DNA of 64,000 nt from the human T2T-CHM13v2.0 reference genome, Homo sapiens (GCF_009914755.1 NC_060932.1), one strand, 5' to 3'; counted from the stretch's first letter, positions 13,750 to 31,165 are shown. Made by a program: numbers and translations. The notes: a model not told the origin generated them from the sequence alone.

Positions 13750-13872
13750 TCAGTTGCTTTGATGCTGCTTGAGGGCATGGACTATGTATTTTTTTTGGAG
13801 TCTTTCCTCCCAATATATGGTAATACCTGGCATACAGTAAAACACCAAAAGTGTTTTGAAAATGAATAAGGA
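13750..13872 (+). mobile_element. L2 3' tail
   Basis: gcttgagggcatggactatgt...cctggcatacagtaaaacaccaaaagtgttttgaaaatgaat. Confidence 0.6.
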
Positions 13873-14139
13873 ATGTACAAAGTCAAGTCTTATTTATCTT
13901 AATCAGGGTCATATTGCTTGACATTCAATGTAGAATATGTTTTATAAATGTTTTTGATGAAATTATTAAAATTAAGCAGAACCACATTTTGGTGTCAAAA
14001 CGTTGAATGAGATGATAGAAACATGCCTTCCATTTAGTTATGATAGTAATTTAGTCCTGGAGGAAACACATTGTGAGACCTTTTCACAGACCATTTGGCC
14101 ACACATTTCAGGTTCAGTTACTGTTGAGCAAACACTAAT

Positions 14140-14325
14140 TGATATATAGCCTTGTATAAAGAAAACTGTAGAACTAGGATAAATTCACTCACTCAACCTC
14201 AATTGCCTGTTGTGTAAAATGTAATAGCACTGCTTGCTTGTTATACCTCACAATTTGTATAGAGGCCGAGTTACCAAAAAACATATATTAAACACTGTAA
14301 ATCACTATAGAAATACTGCTTATTA
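14140..14325 (+). mobile_element. Degenerate MIR
   Basis: cctcaattgcctgttgtgtaaaatgtaatagcac...cactgtaaatcactatagaaatact. Confidence 0.45.
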
Positions 14326-16994
14326 TATGCAAAATACTATATTAAGTGATCTGGGAAAACAGTGATTTAAACCAAAGAGCCTTGTCTTCAGAGAATTTAT
14401 CATATAATCTATGTATGAATTCTTCAGTCTAGTAAAAGGAGCAACCAATGGTTTTTTGAACCACAGAGCAGAAGTACCACCATAATGAATTTACCAATGC
14501 TCCCATCCTGTTGTAGACTTTATGCACCTGCACCTTTAGCTGCTGGGACTTTCAAACACTTTAGAAATTTAATTTTGGTTATTTCACGCATTTACCACAG
14601 TGACAAGGGGCAAGGATTTTTATTGTTCTTTTTAGTTTCTTCTGCTGTGAATAACATCATTTCCAATGAAAATCATGGAGTCTTACTTTCCCTAAATTGT
14701 ATTTCTCAAGTTGAAACAGCCACTGGGCAAGCAAAAAGAGAAAGAAAAGGAGAGAAGCAGGGAGTAGAGCATTTGGAGGGAAAGAGAATAGAGCCAGGAC
14801 CCTATGAAAAGGCCCCTTTAGCAACTCACTTTCCCCTTTTTCCTTAGGCCGCAACAATATTCACCACTCAGTTTATTTCCTGGATGAGGACATTTGTTAA
14901 AGATTTCAGTATCCTTGTACAAAAGGGGAATAAAAGTTATAATAATAATCTCTCCCCAAATCATCATCATCAGCAGCAGCAGCATCAATACCAACCAAAA
15001 AGAAATGGTGAGATTATATTTAAAAGGTCCACACAGTAGCATAGAATGGACACAGCTAAGAAATCCTGCCACTCTGGGTAAACTCAAACATGCCCAAGAT
15101 GTAAATTAAATCTGCCTTGAGCTTGGACAATTTGAGTTTTACCTGGAAGAACACAGAAGAAATTGCTCAGGTAATAACAGCCTGGGGATTTATGCAGGGT
15201 AGATGTGGGATGTGAGGTAGAGAGTGAATCACTCCTGCCCTTCTTTTTTCTGGGCCCCAGTTCCTGTAGCTCCATTGTCTGGGGAGTCCAGACCAAATTG
15301 TGGACTTGCTATAAACTTTACCCAATGTTCAGCTATACTCATTTTTATGTAGTTTCATATTAAATCATCTAAGGCCCTCACAGAATCATAGGGTGAGTTT
15401 GTGGTAGCTTTTCCCCCAAATTATTCTGGGATGTGTTTAGATTGGCATTTGAGTACCAGTTTTATTTGTTACTGAGTATAAATCAAAGAAATAATTTCTG
15501 GATAGATTCAGACCCAAATATCTCCAATACAGCACAAGTATATATATATAGCCAGTAGAATGTTATATATTTTAGTTCACTTTGATAAAATATTGTTTGT
15601 TCTAACATCAAGAACATGTTTTAAAACAAACCATTTCAGCACTAAACTCAATCAGTATTGTGGAGCAAAAAAAAATCATATAATCAGAGAAAATATATTT
15701 AATAATTGGTGCCAATATTTAGATGGTGGTCTTTTGAATTTTCTAAATTTCCTAATTAGGGTGTAGCAAATTTAATGACAAAGAACTACACACAAGCACC
15801 TAATTACAGTGGAACACCACTGATACTGAGGAGGTAAAGAAAGGGTAACTAACATACCATCCATTTTGTCTGTTGCTATCCCACAAAACACATCAGAGTT
15901 CAAAACTATAAGATGAAACACATTCAGCCAGCCTATTTTCAAAAGCTCAACTGTCTGTTTTTGAAATGCACTAATTTAAATTTAAAGACACATATTTAAT
16001 GTTTTCCCTTTGTAGGTTTTCAGCAGCATACACACATGGAGTCACCATCTGTTTTCAGCCTGGTTCATTACCAATTCATCCTCCTGCTCTGTATTATCAG
16101 ATCAAGAGGGTGGACATAAATTTGGCCACCTGGGCACTGGTGTCATTAACGTGCACCCCAGCCACACACTCATAAAGTGGTTTTGCTTGGAGCTGTAACT
16201 TGGTGGTGCTTCCTTTTTCCATTTGATCAATGTTGAGATTTGTTCAGTAAGCTCTTAATAATATAATTTCAGAACAAACTGGAGGACACTAAGAACTTTC
16301 AAGAGTATTTTGCCTAGAAATACAGGAGAAAACAGCTTCTGTTTTCAGGAACAGACACAGAATGGCAGGACCAAAGGGGCAGGGAAGGAATCAGAGAAGG
16401 GAGAAGAGAAAGGCAGAAGGAGATACATGAAGACACGAACACAGAGTTAAAGGAATACACATAGGATCATTTACTTATTTTAATGAATGCATGTATGAAA
16501 GAGGTCAGAGTGGCTCAGTATCATTCTGAGTACAGCTCATCATTAAATGTGGGTGAGCCCACTTTTTTTCCTTCTTGTGAAGGAAACCTATGTCGATTCA
16601 TCCCAAGTCACTTAGTTCATCACAAAATTGAAGTGTTTTTAAAATTAAAACAGAAGTTCTACTTCCCTAATTAAAACGTTAACTGACCATGTGTCACCTT
16701 GCAAACTACACTGAATTGAGAACTCATCGATAAATATGAAGTAAATTTATACAGATAAATTGCCCTGGTTCCTCTTTACTATCCCTTTTAAACATTGAGC
16801 AAAATCAGATAAGTACATTTAGGTTATAAAAATAATGGGAAGCAATGCATTGTGTAGTAGTCACATCTTTTAGAAAAATGTAATATTATAACTGAAAAAT
16901 CATATAAAAAAATTGTCTCTGCTGACTCTCAAAAAAACTTTCTTCTTGGGATTCTGGGCTTATTCAGATTTTAGAAATAATAAAAATAAGAAAG

Positions 16995-17113
16995 GTCTAC
17001 AGCCACACCACCCCGAACGTGCCTGATCTCACCTGCTCTCAGAAGCTAGGCAGGGTTAGGCCTATTAGTACTTGCATGGTAGACTGCCTGGAAATAGCAG
17101 GTGCTATAGATTT
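16995..17113 (+). pseudogene. 5S rRNA pseudogene (full length, diverged)
   Basis: gtctacagccacaccaccccgaacgtgcctgatctc...gaagctaggcagggtt...tagtacttgcatggtagactgcctggaaatagcaggtgctatagattt is collinear with 5S rRNA (GTCTACGGCCATACC...GGTGCTGTAGGCTT); CpG decay and mutated box C. Confidence 0.95.
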
Positions 17114-17114
17114 A

Positions 17115-17422
<308 letters not shown>

Positions 17423-17750
17423 TAATTGTTTAAAAATCTGGAAGAAAATATTGAACCATTAATATCCTTTCAATTAACCAATAACCAAACCTTTACTGAA
17501 TTGCTACAATATTTGCGATTTTGAAGAACAAAAAGATGGAACACAAAGCATACAGCTCTCACTTTAAGGGGTTTACAGCTCAGGATGGTGAGATAAGATT
17601 ATTGAATATAAAAGTTGAAGCATGTTAGTTTTACTAGGTATCAAATTATATTCACTGCAGAAATTCAGAGGAAGATATCGATGATGATAAGTGAGGGCAG
17701 TAAGGCCACATGAAGGAGGTGATGGTTCTGGGGAACCTTGTGAAGGATGG

Positions 17751-18132
17751 TGCATTAGTTTGCTAAGGTTTCCATAACAGAAGACCACAGACTGGGTGGT
17801 GCAAACAACAGAAATTTATTTCTCATAATTCCGAATGCTGTAAGATCAAGTTGTCAGCAGGTTTAGTTTCTCCTGAGACATCTCTCCCTGATTGTGGATG
17901 ACCATCTACTCACTGTGTCCTCACAAGGCCTTTTCTCCATGCACCCATGCTCATGGTGTCTCTTCCTGTTCTCATAAGAACAACAGTCTTATTGGAAAAG
18001 GACCCCATCCTTACATCCTACTTTAGCCTTAATCATTTCCTTAAAGGTCCTATCTCCAAATACAATTGCACTGGGAGTTAGGGCTTCAACAATGGGTTTT
18101 GGAGGGTGAAGAAGACAAATCGGTCCATGACA
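17751..18132 (-). mobile_element. MLT1A-like MaLR solo LTR
   Basis: TG...CA termini, 5-bp TSD gatgg (17746-17750 and 18133-18137), motifs ccataacagaagaccacagactgggtgg and cctatctccaaatacaat. Confidence 0.9.
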
Positions 18133-18592
18133 GATGGAATTTGGATGAGGCTATGTTTTGTAGGGAGGGCAGGCAGTGATATGATATGAGAGAATACAAA
18201 GATAAGCCTCATTAACAGAATAATTATCAGCCATCACTAATACAATTTTGTAGGTTGCCTACACCTGTTGCATAGAATAGGCACATGGAAAAAACAGAAA
18301 TCATGTGTTCCCTTGGTCATCTAATGATATATGAATCTTTAAAGAAGTTTGACAACAGATTATTATATCACCGTTATCAGAATATTTGTGTCTTTCATCA
18401 AAATTAGATACTTCATTAAAAATAAACGTCCTTGTTCAAATTCTTTTATGCACATTGACTATCTGGTGAAATATCCTTTGATTCTTCTGCTTTTCTATAT
18501 CTACTGATAAGATTTCAACTAATAGGTCATATAGTTTCTTGATCCCAAGAAAAAGCAAATGGAAAAACTGTAATACAGAGAATGCAAAGCCC

Positions 18593-18988
18593 TGTATTGG
18601 GTTATTAATTACAAAGGTAACTAATTACTCCAGAATTTCAGTGGCTTAAAATGATAAGCATTTATTTTTTTGCTCAGAGGTCTATTTGGCTTGGGCAGCC
18701 ATTCAAGACAACATTTTTCCCTGCAGTAACTTAGAGATCCAAGCTGCTTTCACCCTGTGGTTCTGTCTTTGTGGTCACAGCCAAAGAAGAAAAGAAATCA
18801 TGTAGATCACGTCCCTGCTCTTAAGTGTCCCAGCCCTGAAGTGACACACATGGTTTCCCATCAAATCCCATTGGTTAAAATCGGTCACAAAGACCCATCT
18901 AGTTGCAAAGGGATTGAGAAATGAGATGTTGCTCCGTGGTCAGAGAGGAGAGAAGTGAATGTAAACAAGTACAAGAAGTCTCTGCCAT
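18593..18988 (-). mobile_element. Old MLT1 (J/K/L-like) MaLR LTR
   Basis: aatttcagtggcttaaaatgataagcatttatt...gaagtgacacacat...cccattggttaaaat...ctagttgcaaaggga. Confidence 0.65.
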
Positions 18989-19739
18989 ATTTAGTTTTCC
19001 CAGACAGTATACATAGGAGAGAGGGAACTCAGGTGAAGCATGTGTGATGGGGAAAAAGATTAGGAACATGTTTATTTAATTTAAAAATGAAATGGAAGTA
19101 CTTAAAGCTTTAGTTTTCCTATTTTAAACAGCTAACAGTGAGAAAGATACTTTACCACGATCTTGCTTTCCAGTTAAATACCATGATTGCATGTGTGTAC
19201 AATACCTAACTGTTCAAACATGTATGCCCTCACATCAGAGAGCTGCTACCAAAGTACCTCAGTAATTACAAGTTTAAAAAAGTCCTTGTGTTGAAAATTA
19301 CAAACCCAAGGACCTATAATTCTCAGAATGCTTGTTTTGTTGTTCACTTGATATATTTTATTAAATTTGAAAGAAAAAAATTTGTAGGGTCATTAGATAA
19401 TTATTTCATCATAAATGTAGATGACATTGGTAGGTGATATGGTAACCTTAAATTAAGTATCATTAACACATTTATACAAAAAGCCATTTCTAAAGTTTTT
19501 GAACATTGAATTATTTTATGTTCTTTCTACCTCAAAACCGTTTTCGTGGAGATTATAAACTATTGTTAAGTTTCACTCCTGCAGTGTACAATGAGGAAAT
19601 GAATTTGAGAAGACCAAAACCTGAAGTCATTATAATTTTTTTCTAATTGTCTTTCACATCTTCTGATATTTTCATTGTAAAATAAAGGGGAAGGCAACTA
19701 TGTAAGCCTTGAGTCCCAGCTCTTAGTCACTCTTATTGA

Positions 19740-20760
19740 CTCCTGGCTCCTGGTTTTCCTCTCTAGACACTTTTTCAATTTCTTTACTAGTGCCTCATTT
19801 GCTGGCTGATGTCTAAGCTTTGACTGTCCCTAAGTATCTCCTTCGAATATTCTCTCTCTGGGTTATTCCATAAACTTCCATGGTTCTAAGTGCTATCTAC
19901 ACACTGCTATATCCCAAAGTTGTATCTGTAGCCCTGATCTTTTCCCTAAACTCCAGATTTATATCCAGCTGCCTTCTTGATATCTCCACATAGATATCCA
20001 ATAGGCACCTCAAACTTAGCATGTGAAAAATGGATTTATTTATTATCCTGTCTTCCCTGTGTCCCCTGTATACCCTGTTGCTCAGGACAAGAAGCCTAGG
20101 AAACTTCTTTGGTCCCTTGTCTTTCTTTACCCCACATCTAGCTCATCAGCAAGTCTCATGGGCTCTTCTGCCAAACTATATCCTGAATCCAACCACTTCT
20201 TTCCTTCTTTACCACCATCTACCAGCTCATGTCACACTAATTCTCATCTGATTATTGCAATAAACTGCCAACTTGTCTTTCTGCCTTCACTCTGAAAATC
20301 CACTTTCCACACAGCAGCCAAAGTAAACACAGCACGGGAATCAGCACATTGCTCCCCTCCTTAAAATCCTCCCATACTTCTCCAAGCCTGTAGATCAAAT
20401 CCAAGTTTTCACTACAGCTTTCATGGCCCTTCATGACCTTGGTTTTGATTACTTCTGACCTCATGTTGGTTCCATTCTCCTCCTAACTATACTCTAGCAA
20501 CTCTTCCTTTTTGACTGTACTTTGATCTTGCTGACCCTGTTTGCACTTCGGGACCTTCACACAGGTTGTTTCCAGTGTCTGGACTGTTCTTAGACTTCTA
20601 TACATTCATTATTCAGATTTCATGCAAAATCACACTTCCCCAGAGATGCCTTCCTTGATGCCTCCTCCATTATCACATCACTTATTCTACTGTCTCTGTA
20701 GTAGAAGGGCTCAAGATGACACAAAACATTGGCCTAAAAATTACTTAGCAGATGAAATGA
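19740..20760 (+). mobile_element. L2a fragment (~1 kb)
   Basis: atatccagctgccttcttgatatctccac...aggcacctcaaacttagcatgt...cacacagcagcca...aaatccaag...cttccccagagatgccttccttga. Confidence 0.8.
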
Positions 20761-22600
20761 ACAAGCTAGAGAATGGGGGTACTGCTACCATTGTCTACAA
20801 GGTTTTACTCTTAAAAGGCATTCAGTGCGTACTCAATTTTCATAGGATAGGCATAAAATGGGGGCCAGACTCTCATAAGGAAAAGATAAGATAATGGGAA
20901 AAACAGGTAAGGAATTATGGATTCCAGAGCAAGTAAGGAAGCCAGAAAGGGCATTCAAATACTTATTTTTTGAAAGAGTTTTCTTGGCTGTGTGTGCGTC
21001 CATAACCTTAATTCATGTAAATTGGGCTACGAGAGCAAGGGAAGACTGCACCACTGACACATATTACAGAAAGGATGGAGTGGTCTTGATGAAAAAGAGA
21101 TAGAAGCTATTCTCTTATTAGAACGCAGGGGTGTAGAGTACACTAAAAGGCAGTGGTACTACTTATATCAATGAAGAAGTTAGGAGAGAACTTATGCAGA
21201 AAAAAAAATTCACTTTTTACATTTTTAACATTTCACTTAAGGTTTGGGCTCAAAACAAATATAATATCCTATGGCCAGGAAAAATCAAAATAAGAACTAG
21301 AGACTTCAAGAGTGGCATTATAAAGTTGGAATTTATTTCCATACACAGGGTAGTTAAAATGCCATCTGCATTCAACACAGTTATTGGGCTTCTACCAGAA
21401 GCAGAGTGTATGTAGCTGAGACAGAGTTAGAGATAGGCTTTCACAGTTTTCAAAGACACTTCATGAGCCATCGAGTTATCTTGTATACCAGGGGTCAACA
21501 AATCCAGTCTGTGGACCAAATCCAGGCTGGCCACCTATTTTTGCATGGCTGATGAGCTAACAATTTTACACTTTTTAAGTGGTTGCCAAGAGTCAAAAGT
21601 ATCAGAGGAAACCACCCCCAATAATTCAATGTTATTTCACAAAGTTTCTTTTCTATTTCCCTAAGTGTCGGCCGCTCTGAGAAATAAAGGGAAAGAGTAC
21701 AAAAGAGAGAAATTTTAAAGCTGGGTATCTGGGGGAGACATCACATGTTGGCAGGTTCCGTGATGCCCCCTGAGACGTAAAACCAGCAAGTTTTTATTAA
21801 CAACTTTCAAACGAGAGGGAGTGTACAAATAGTGGGTCACAGAGATCACATGCTTCACAAGGTAATAAAATATTACAAGGCAAATGGAGGCAGGGCAAGA
21901 TCACAAGTTCAGGGTAAAACTAGTATCACTAATGAACTTCCATGTCCCTCTGTGCACGCATTGTCATTGATAAATATCTTAACAGGGTTCAAGAGCAGAG
22001 AACCGGTCTGACTAGAATTCGCCGGGCTGGAATTTCCTAATCCTAGCAAGCCTGGGGGTGATGCAGGAGACTAGGGTGTGTTTCATCCCTATCTACATCT
22101 GCATAAGGCAGACACTTCCAGGGCAGCCATTTTAGAGGCCCCGCCCTGGGAATGCATTCTTTTCCCAGGGCTATTAATTATTAATATTCCTTACTGCGGA
22201 AAGAATTCAGTGATATTTCTCTTACCCATTTTCGGTAATAAGAATATGGCTCTGTCCTGCCCGGCCTACAGGCAGCCAGACTTCAAGCTTATCTCCCTTG
22301 TTCCCTGAAAATCACTGTTATCCTGTTCTTTTTTGTTTTTTTTTTTTTTTTTGACTTGGAGTTCATTTGTATATTTTTTATTTTTATTTTTTATTATTAT
22401 ACTTTAAGTTTTAGGGTACATGTGCACAATGTGCAGGTTAGTTACATATGTATACATGTGCCATGCTGGTGCGCTGCACCCACTAACTCGTCATCTAGCA
22501 TTAGGTATATCTCCCAATGCTATCCCTCCCCCCTCGCCCCAACCCACAACAGGCCCCAGAGTGTGATGTTCCCCTTCCTGTGTCCATGTGTTCTCATTGT

Positions 22601-26421
<3,821 letters not shown>

Positions 26422-26484
26422 TATGATGTTAGCTGGTTATTTTGCTCATTAGTTCATGTAGTTTCTTCCTAGTCTCGATGGTCT

Positions 26485-27498
26485 TTACATTTTGGCATGA
26501 TTTTGCAGCAGCTGGTACCGGTTGTTCCTTTCCATGTTTAGAGCTTCCTTCAGGAGCTCTTTTAGGGCAGGCCTGGTGGTGACAGAATCTCTCAGCATTT
26601 GCTTGTCTGTAAAGTATTTTATTCCTCCTTCACTTATGAAGCTTAGTTTGGCTGGATATGAAATTCTGGGTTGAAAATTCTTTTCTTTAAGAATGTTGAA
26701 TATTGGCCCCCACTGTCTTCTGGCTTGTAGGGTTTCTGCCGAGACATCTGCTGTTAGTCTGATGGGCTTCCCTTTGAGGGTAACCCGACCTTTCTCTCTG
26801 GCTGCCCTTAACATTTTTTCCTTCATTTCAACTTTGGTGAATCTGACAATTATGTGTTTTGGAGTTGCTCTTCTTGAGGAGTATCTTTGTGGCATTCTCT
26901 GTATTTCCTGAATTTGAATGTTGGCCTGCCTTGCTAGATTGGGGAAGTTCTCCTGGATAATATCCTGCAGAGTGTTTTCCAACTTGGTTCCATTCTCCCT
27001 GTCATTTTCAGGTACACCAATCCGACGTAGATTTGGTCTTTTCACATAATCCCATATTTCTTGGAGGCTTTGCTCGTTTCTTTTTATTCTTTTTTCTCTA
27101 AACTTCCCTTCTCGCTTCATTTCATTCATTTCATCTTCCATAGCTGATACCCTTTCTTCCAGTTGATCGCATCGGCTCCTGAGGCTTCTGCATTCTTCAC
27201 GTAGTTCTGGAGCCTTGGTTTTCAGCTCCATCAGCTCCTTTAAGCACTTCTCTGTATTGGTTATTCTAGTTATACATTCTTCTAAATTTTTTTCAAAGTT
27301 TTCAACTTCTTTGCCTTTGGTTTGAATGTCCTCCCGTAGCTCAGAGTAATTTGATCGTCTGAAGCCTTCTTCTCTCAGCTCGTCAAAGTCATTCTCCGTC
27401 CAGATTTGTTCCGTTGCTGGTGAGGAACTGCATTCCTTTGGAGGAGAGGCGCTCTGCTTTTTAGAGTTTCCAGTTTTTCTGCTCTGTTTTTTCCCCAT
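26485..27498 (-). CDS. L1 ORF1p, open 337-aa frame
   Basis: MGKKQSRKTGNSK...coiled coil...REKG, ARR, YPAKLS motifs...QNHAKM; one residue shorter than the 338-aa consensus. Confidence 0.93.
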   Translation of the reverse strand: MGKKQSRKTGNSKKQSASPPKECSSSPATEQIWTENDFDELREEGFRRSNYSELREDIQTKGKEVENFEKNLEECITRITNTEKCLKELMELKTKAPELREECRSLRSRCDQLEERVSAMEDEMNEMKREGKFREKRIKRNEQSLQEIWDYVKRPNLRRIGVPENDRENGTKLENTLQDIIQENFPNLARQANIQIQEIQRMPQRYSSRRATPKHIIVRFTKVEMKEKMLRAAREKGRVTLKGKPIRLTADVSAETLQARRQWGPIFNILKEKNFQPRISYPAKLSFISEGGIKYFTDKQMLRDSVTTRPALKELLKEALNMERNNRYQLLQNHAKM

Positions 27499-28410
27499 CT
27501 TTGTGGTTTTATCTACTTTTGGTCTTTGATCATGGTGATGTACAGATGGGTTTTTGGTGTGGATGTCCTTTCTGTTTGTTAGTTTTCCTTCTAACAGACA
27601 GGACCCTCAGCTGCAGGTCTGTTGGAGTACCCGGCAGTGTGAGGTGTCAGTCTGCCCCTGCTGGGGAGTGCCTCCCAGTTAGGCTGCTCGGGGGTCAGGG
27701 GTCAGGGACCGACTTGAGGAGGCAGTCTGCCCGTTCATTCTCAGATCTCCAGCTGTGTGCTGGGAGAACCACTGCTCTCTTCAAAGCTGTCAGACAGGGA
27801 CATTTAAGTCTGCAGAGGTTACTGCTGTCTTTTTGTTTGTCTGTGCCCTGCCCCCAGAGGTGGAGCCTACAGAGGCAGGCAGGCCTCCTTGAGCTGTGGT
27901 GGGCTCCACCCAGTTCGAGCTTCCCGGCTGTTTTGTTTACCTAAGCAAGCCTGGGCAATGGCAGGCGCCCCTCCCCCAGCCTCGCTGCCGCCTTGCAGTT
28001 TGATCTCAGACTGCTGTGCTAGCAATCAGCGAGACTCCGTGGGCGTAGGACCCTCTGAGCCAGGTGCGGGATATAATCTCCAGGTGCGCCGTTTTTTAAG
28101 CCCGTTGGAAAAGCGCAGTATTAGGGTGGGAGTGACCCAATTTTCCAGGTGCCGTCTGTCTCCCCTTTCTTTGACTGGGAGAGGGAACTCCCTGACCCCT
28201 TGTGCTTCCCGAGTGAGGCAATGCCTCACCCTGCTTCAGCTCGTGCCCAGTGCGCACACCCACTGACCTGCGCCCACTGTCTGGCACTCCCTAGTGAGAT
28301 GAACCTGGTACCTCAGATGGAAATGCAGAAATCACCTGTCTTCTGCATTGCTCACGCTGGGAGCTGTAGACCGGAGCTGTTCCTATTCGGCCATCTTGGC
28401 TCCTCCCTCC
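27499..28410 (-). promoter_or_regulatory. L1 5'UTR internal sense promoter (YY1 site at 28389-28398) and antisense promoter
   Basis: Intact CAAGATGGCC on the minus strand; CpG-containing 5'UTR; bidirectional promoter activity is established for this L1 class. Confidence 0.8.
27958..28266 (+). CDS. L1 antisense ORF0, 102-aa open variant
   Basis: MAGAPPPASLPPCSLISDCCASNQRDSVGVGPSEPG... is the primate L1 ORF0 N-terminus; gcaATGg Kozak context; translation at this locus unproven. Confidence 0.7.
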   Translation: MAGAPPPASLPPCSLISDCCASNQRDSVGVGPSEPGAGYNLQVRRFLSPLEKRSIRVGVTQFSRCRLSPLSLTGRGNSLTPCASRVRQCLTLLQLVPSAHTH

Positions 28411-30607
28411 TATCCTGTTCTTAAGGTGCCCATATTTCATATTGTTCAAACACACATGCTCTATAAACAATTTGTGCAGTTAATGCAATCATCACAGGGT
28501 TCTGAGATGACATACATCCTCATCTTACAAAGATGATGGGATTAAGAGATTAAAGTAAAGACAGGCATAGGAAATCACAAGAGTATTGATTGGGGAAGTG
28601 ATAAATGTCCATGAAATCTTCACAATTTGTGTTCAGAGATTGCAGTAAAGACAGGCATAAGAAATTATAAATGTATTAATTTGGGGAACTAATAAATGTC
28701 CATGAAATCTTCACAATTTATGTTCTTCAGCCATGGCTTCAGCCAGTCCCTCTGTTCAGAGTCCCTGACTTCCTGCAACACAAAAGAATATATTATGACA
28801 TGTGAGAACTATGAAATTCACATTTAAGTTTAGATAAAGTTGTATTGCAACATAGTCATCCCCATTCATTTACATACTGAATATGGCTGCTTTTCTGCTA
28901 TAACAGCTGAGTAGCTGCCACTGAGATAGTGTGGTCCACAAAGCCTAAAATATTTACTCTCTGGCCCTTTACAGAAAAAGATTGCTACCTCTTTTCTCAA
29001 AAACAGAGGGAAGGCAGCTTGTGGCTGAATCATAACTAAAGTAGAAAAGAGGAGAAAGGAAGCCAGTAGAAAAAGAATCAAATTAAAGTTGAATGTGCAC
29101 CTGGGGAGCCTGAGGTCATAAAACCCAAGGAGGAGTTAGTTGGTAAAGCCATTTGTGAACACTACCAAAGAACTACTCTTCAGATTCTTAAATGAAGATA
29201 TGTATTTTTCCAGGGACAAGGAACTACTTGCCAAGGAGTATGTAAAACCTAGGACTGAATAAACATAGAACATCTTCCTGAAATGTGATTTTGCTCCAAG
29301 GTTTTCGGAGGGAATGTCAAAGGATAGGGGAATAATTTTGCATTTAAAAATAGGCATTTTATTGAGTAGAATGCAATATTCACGTGAATTATTTTAAAAT
29401 CAGGATTAAAATGAGGCTGCTTCAGGTTATAATTCCAGAGTTATGAATTTGTTCTTCTCTGCCTGTAAGGGTATTAGCGGAAATGTTTGAAAAATAAGTC
29501 ATGGAGTGCTCCAAAGAGGGTGTCTGGGTGAAGTCACTCTCTAGGGCATTAAGTTGAACCCGGAAAGCAAAAAGTTGTAACTCCCCTGTCAATTCCAATA
29601 TATTGGTAATGTTTTCTTGGAACACTTTTGTTGGGAAGGATTCTGAATCTACATGTCTTGCTCAGAGGTAGAGAGACAGTGAGTAACAATGTCTGCTAGA
29701 GCAGGAGAAAATGGCACATGGCAGTTTGCTGTAATGATTCATCAGAGATGAATATGGAAATCCATCAAAATCTTTATTCATCACACATTTTTCAGCTTCT
29801 TCAACCTCTCAGTCAAGGGAATGCTAGAAGGTAGTGGTGCTACCCATGTAAATGAACCTAGAAAGAGAAACTGTATGTAGAAAAAACATTTGCTTTTTGA
29901 ATGTTCAATATTTCACTTTAGGTTTGGGCCTAAAATAAAGATCCATTTTGTTTTAATAAGAAGTAAAACAAGAATTGGAGATTTCAAGATTTAATGTTTA
30001 TCACCTACATTTTTATCAGAAACCAACACATGCTAATATCATCTACTTTTAAAGCCATGTCTGCCCTTGCATTTCTGTCTTTGTGATTCAAGGGGTATCA
30101 ACTAATACAGTGAGCATGTCCAAGTTTACCATCAAGGAACCCTTGAAGATTTTACCACAGTCTTCCACCCCATTCAGTCTTTTGTTGATCTCTGTAAGAT
30201 ACATGGGTGAAGATGACATTAAAAGGGCACTGAAGAATTGCAAAATTTTATTCTATAGGGAATGGGAAAGTATTTTTTTAAAAAGCAGTAAAAAATTGTT
30301 AATAGAAAAATAAGTGATAGAAATACAAAGGAATAATTGGAGTGAGTGAAGGTGGGGGCAAGAATGATGTCTAGGAAGAGTGGAACAGTCCAGAAAAAGA
30401 GACAAAGAGGACCAGCCTTGGGCAAAGAAAGTAAAGGGGTACGGAGAAAATCAAGAGATATTTCCAAGGTAAACTCATTAGTAACTGACTAGATGTAGGG
30501 AACAAAGGAAGTAAATGACGAATACAAGAGCCTTTAATCAACTAGGTAAATAATTAACTGTCCAATAGGAAAAGCAGGAAGGGGAACAGTTGAAGGCAGT
30601 TATCAGT

Positions 30608-31165
30608 GATTATGCCGATCATTTGGTTGCTCTTAGATCTACCCGCTGCCCTTCCCTCAGGCTCTTCTGAACCACAGAAAACTGTGTTACCCAGACTCCC
30701 TTGCCTACTGGCTTCTGGGCAGCTTTGGGCAATAGCGGGCACTGGTGGAAGACTGGAGGTTGGGAGATAGGGAGAAGCCAGGCTATTTCCTCCTCTATGA
30801 ATTTGCCTCAAGCAGCATTTCTCACAGCAACAAGATCATCTACAATATTTCAGCTCCTACCAAACAAGCTTTCTGTCCTCAGTTCCAGCTCCTTCTGTGG
30901 TTATAGCTCTAGCCTCAGCTATGGTTCTAAGTCTAGCTGGGCACCTGTGGCTTCTAGATTTTGGAAACTCCACCTCTTCTTGTAATTCCTCTTGCATTAG
31001 GGGTAAAATAGTGCCTCCTGCTGTTGCTAATCTCTGGGTCATCTTGGCAACATATTTTGGCTTCGTGTCTCCTTTATCACCTGTATAACCAATTTCTGGT
31101 GTTAAATTCCCCATTTGAAACACCCCGACTAGTTTATTTCCTTGATTGCACCCGTACTGATTGAT
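30608..31165 (+). mobile_element. LTR33-like ERVL solo LTR
   Basis: cccagactcccttgcctactggcttctgg...gggcactggtggaagactggagg...gggagaagccagg...cctgtataaccaatt...ttaaattccc. Confidence 0.65.

Noticed and set aside
14485-15109. Overlapping 70-120-aa ORFs with a (CAT)n(CAG)n tract at ~14961-14986
   Set aside because: No recognisable domain or exon structure; the short triplet tract is too small to be notable
16995-17113. Functional 5S rRNA gene
   Set aside because: Solitary copy, many substitutions including the internal control region, and A-rich retroposition flanks indicate a pseudogene
28550-28720. Spaced direct repeats resembling a CRISPR-like array
   Set aside because: Only two tandem units with no unique spacers; they are an intrinsic feature of the MER11 LTR and the DNA is eukaryotic
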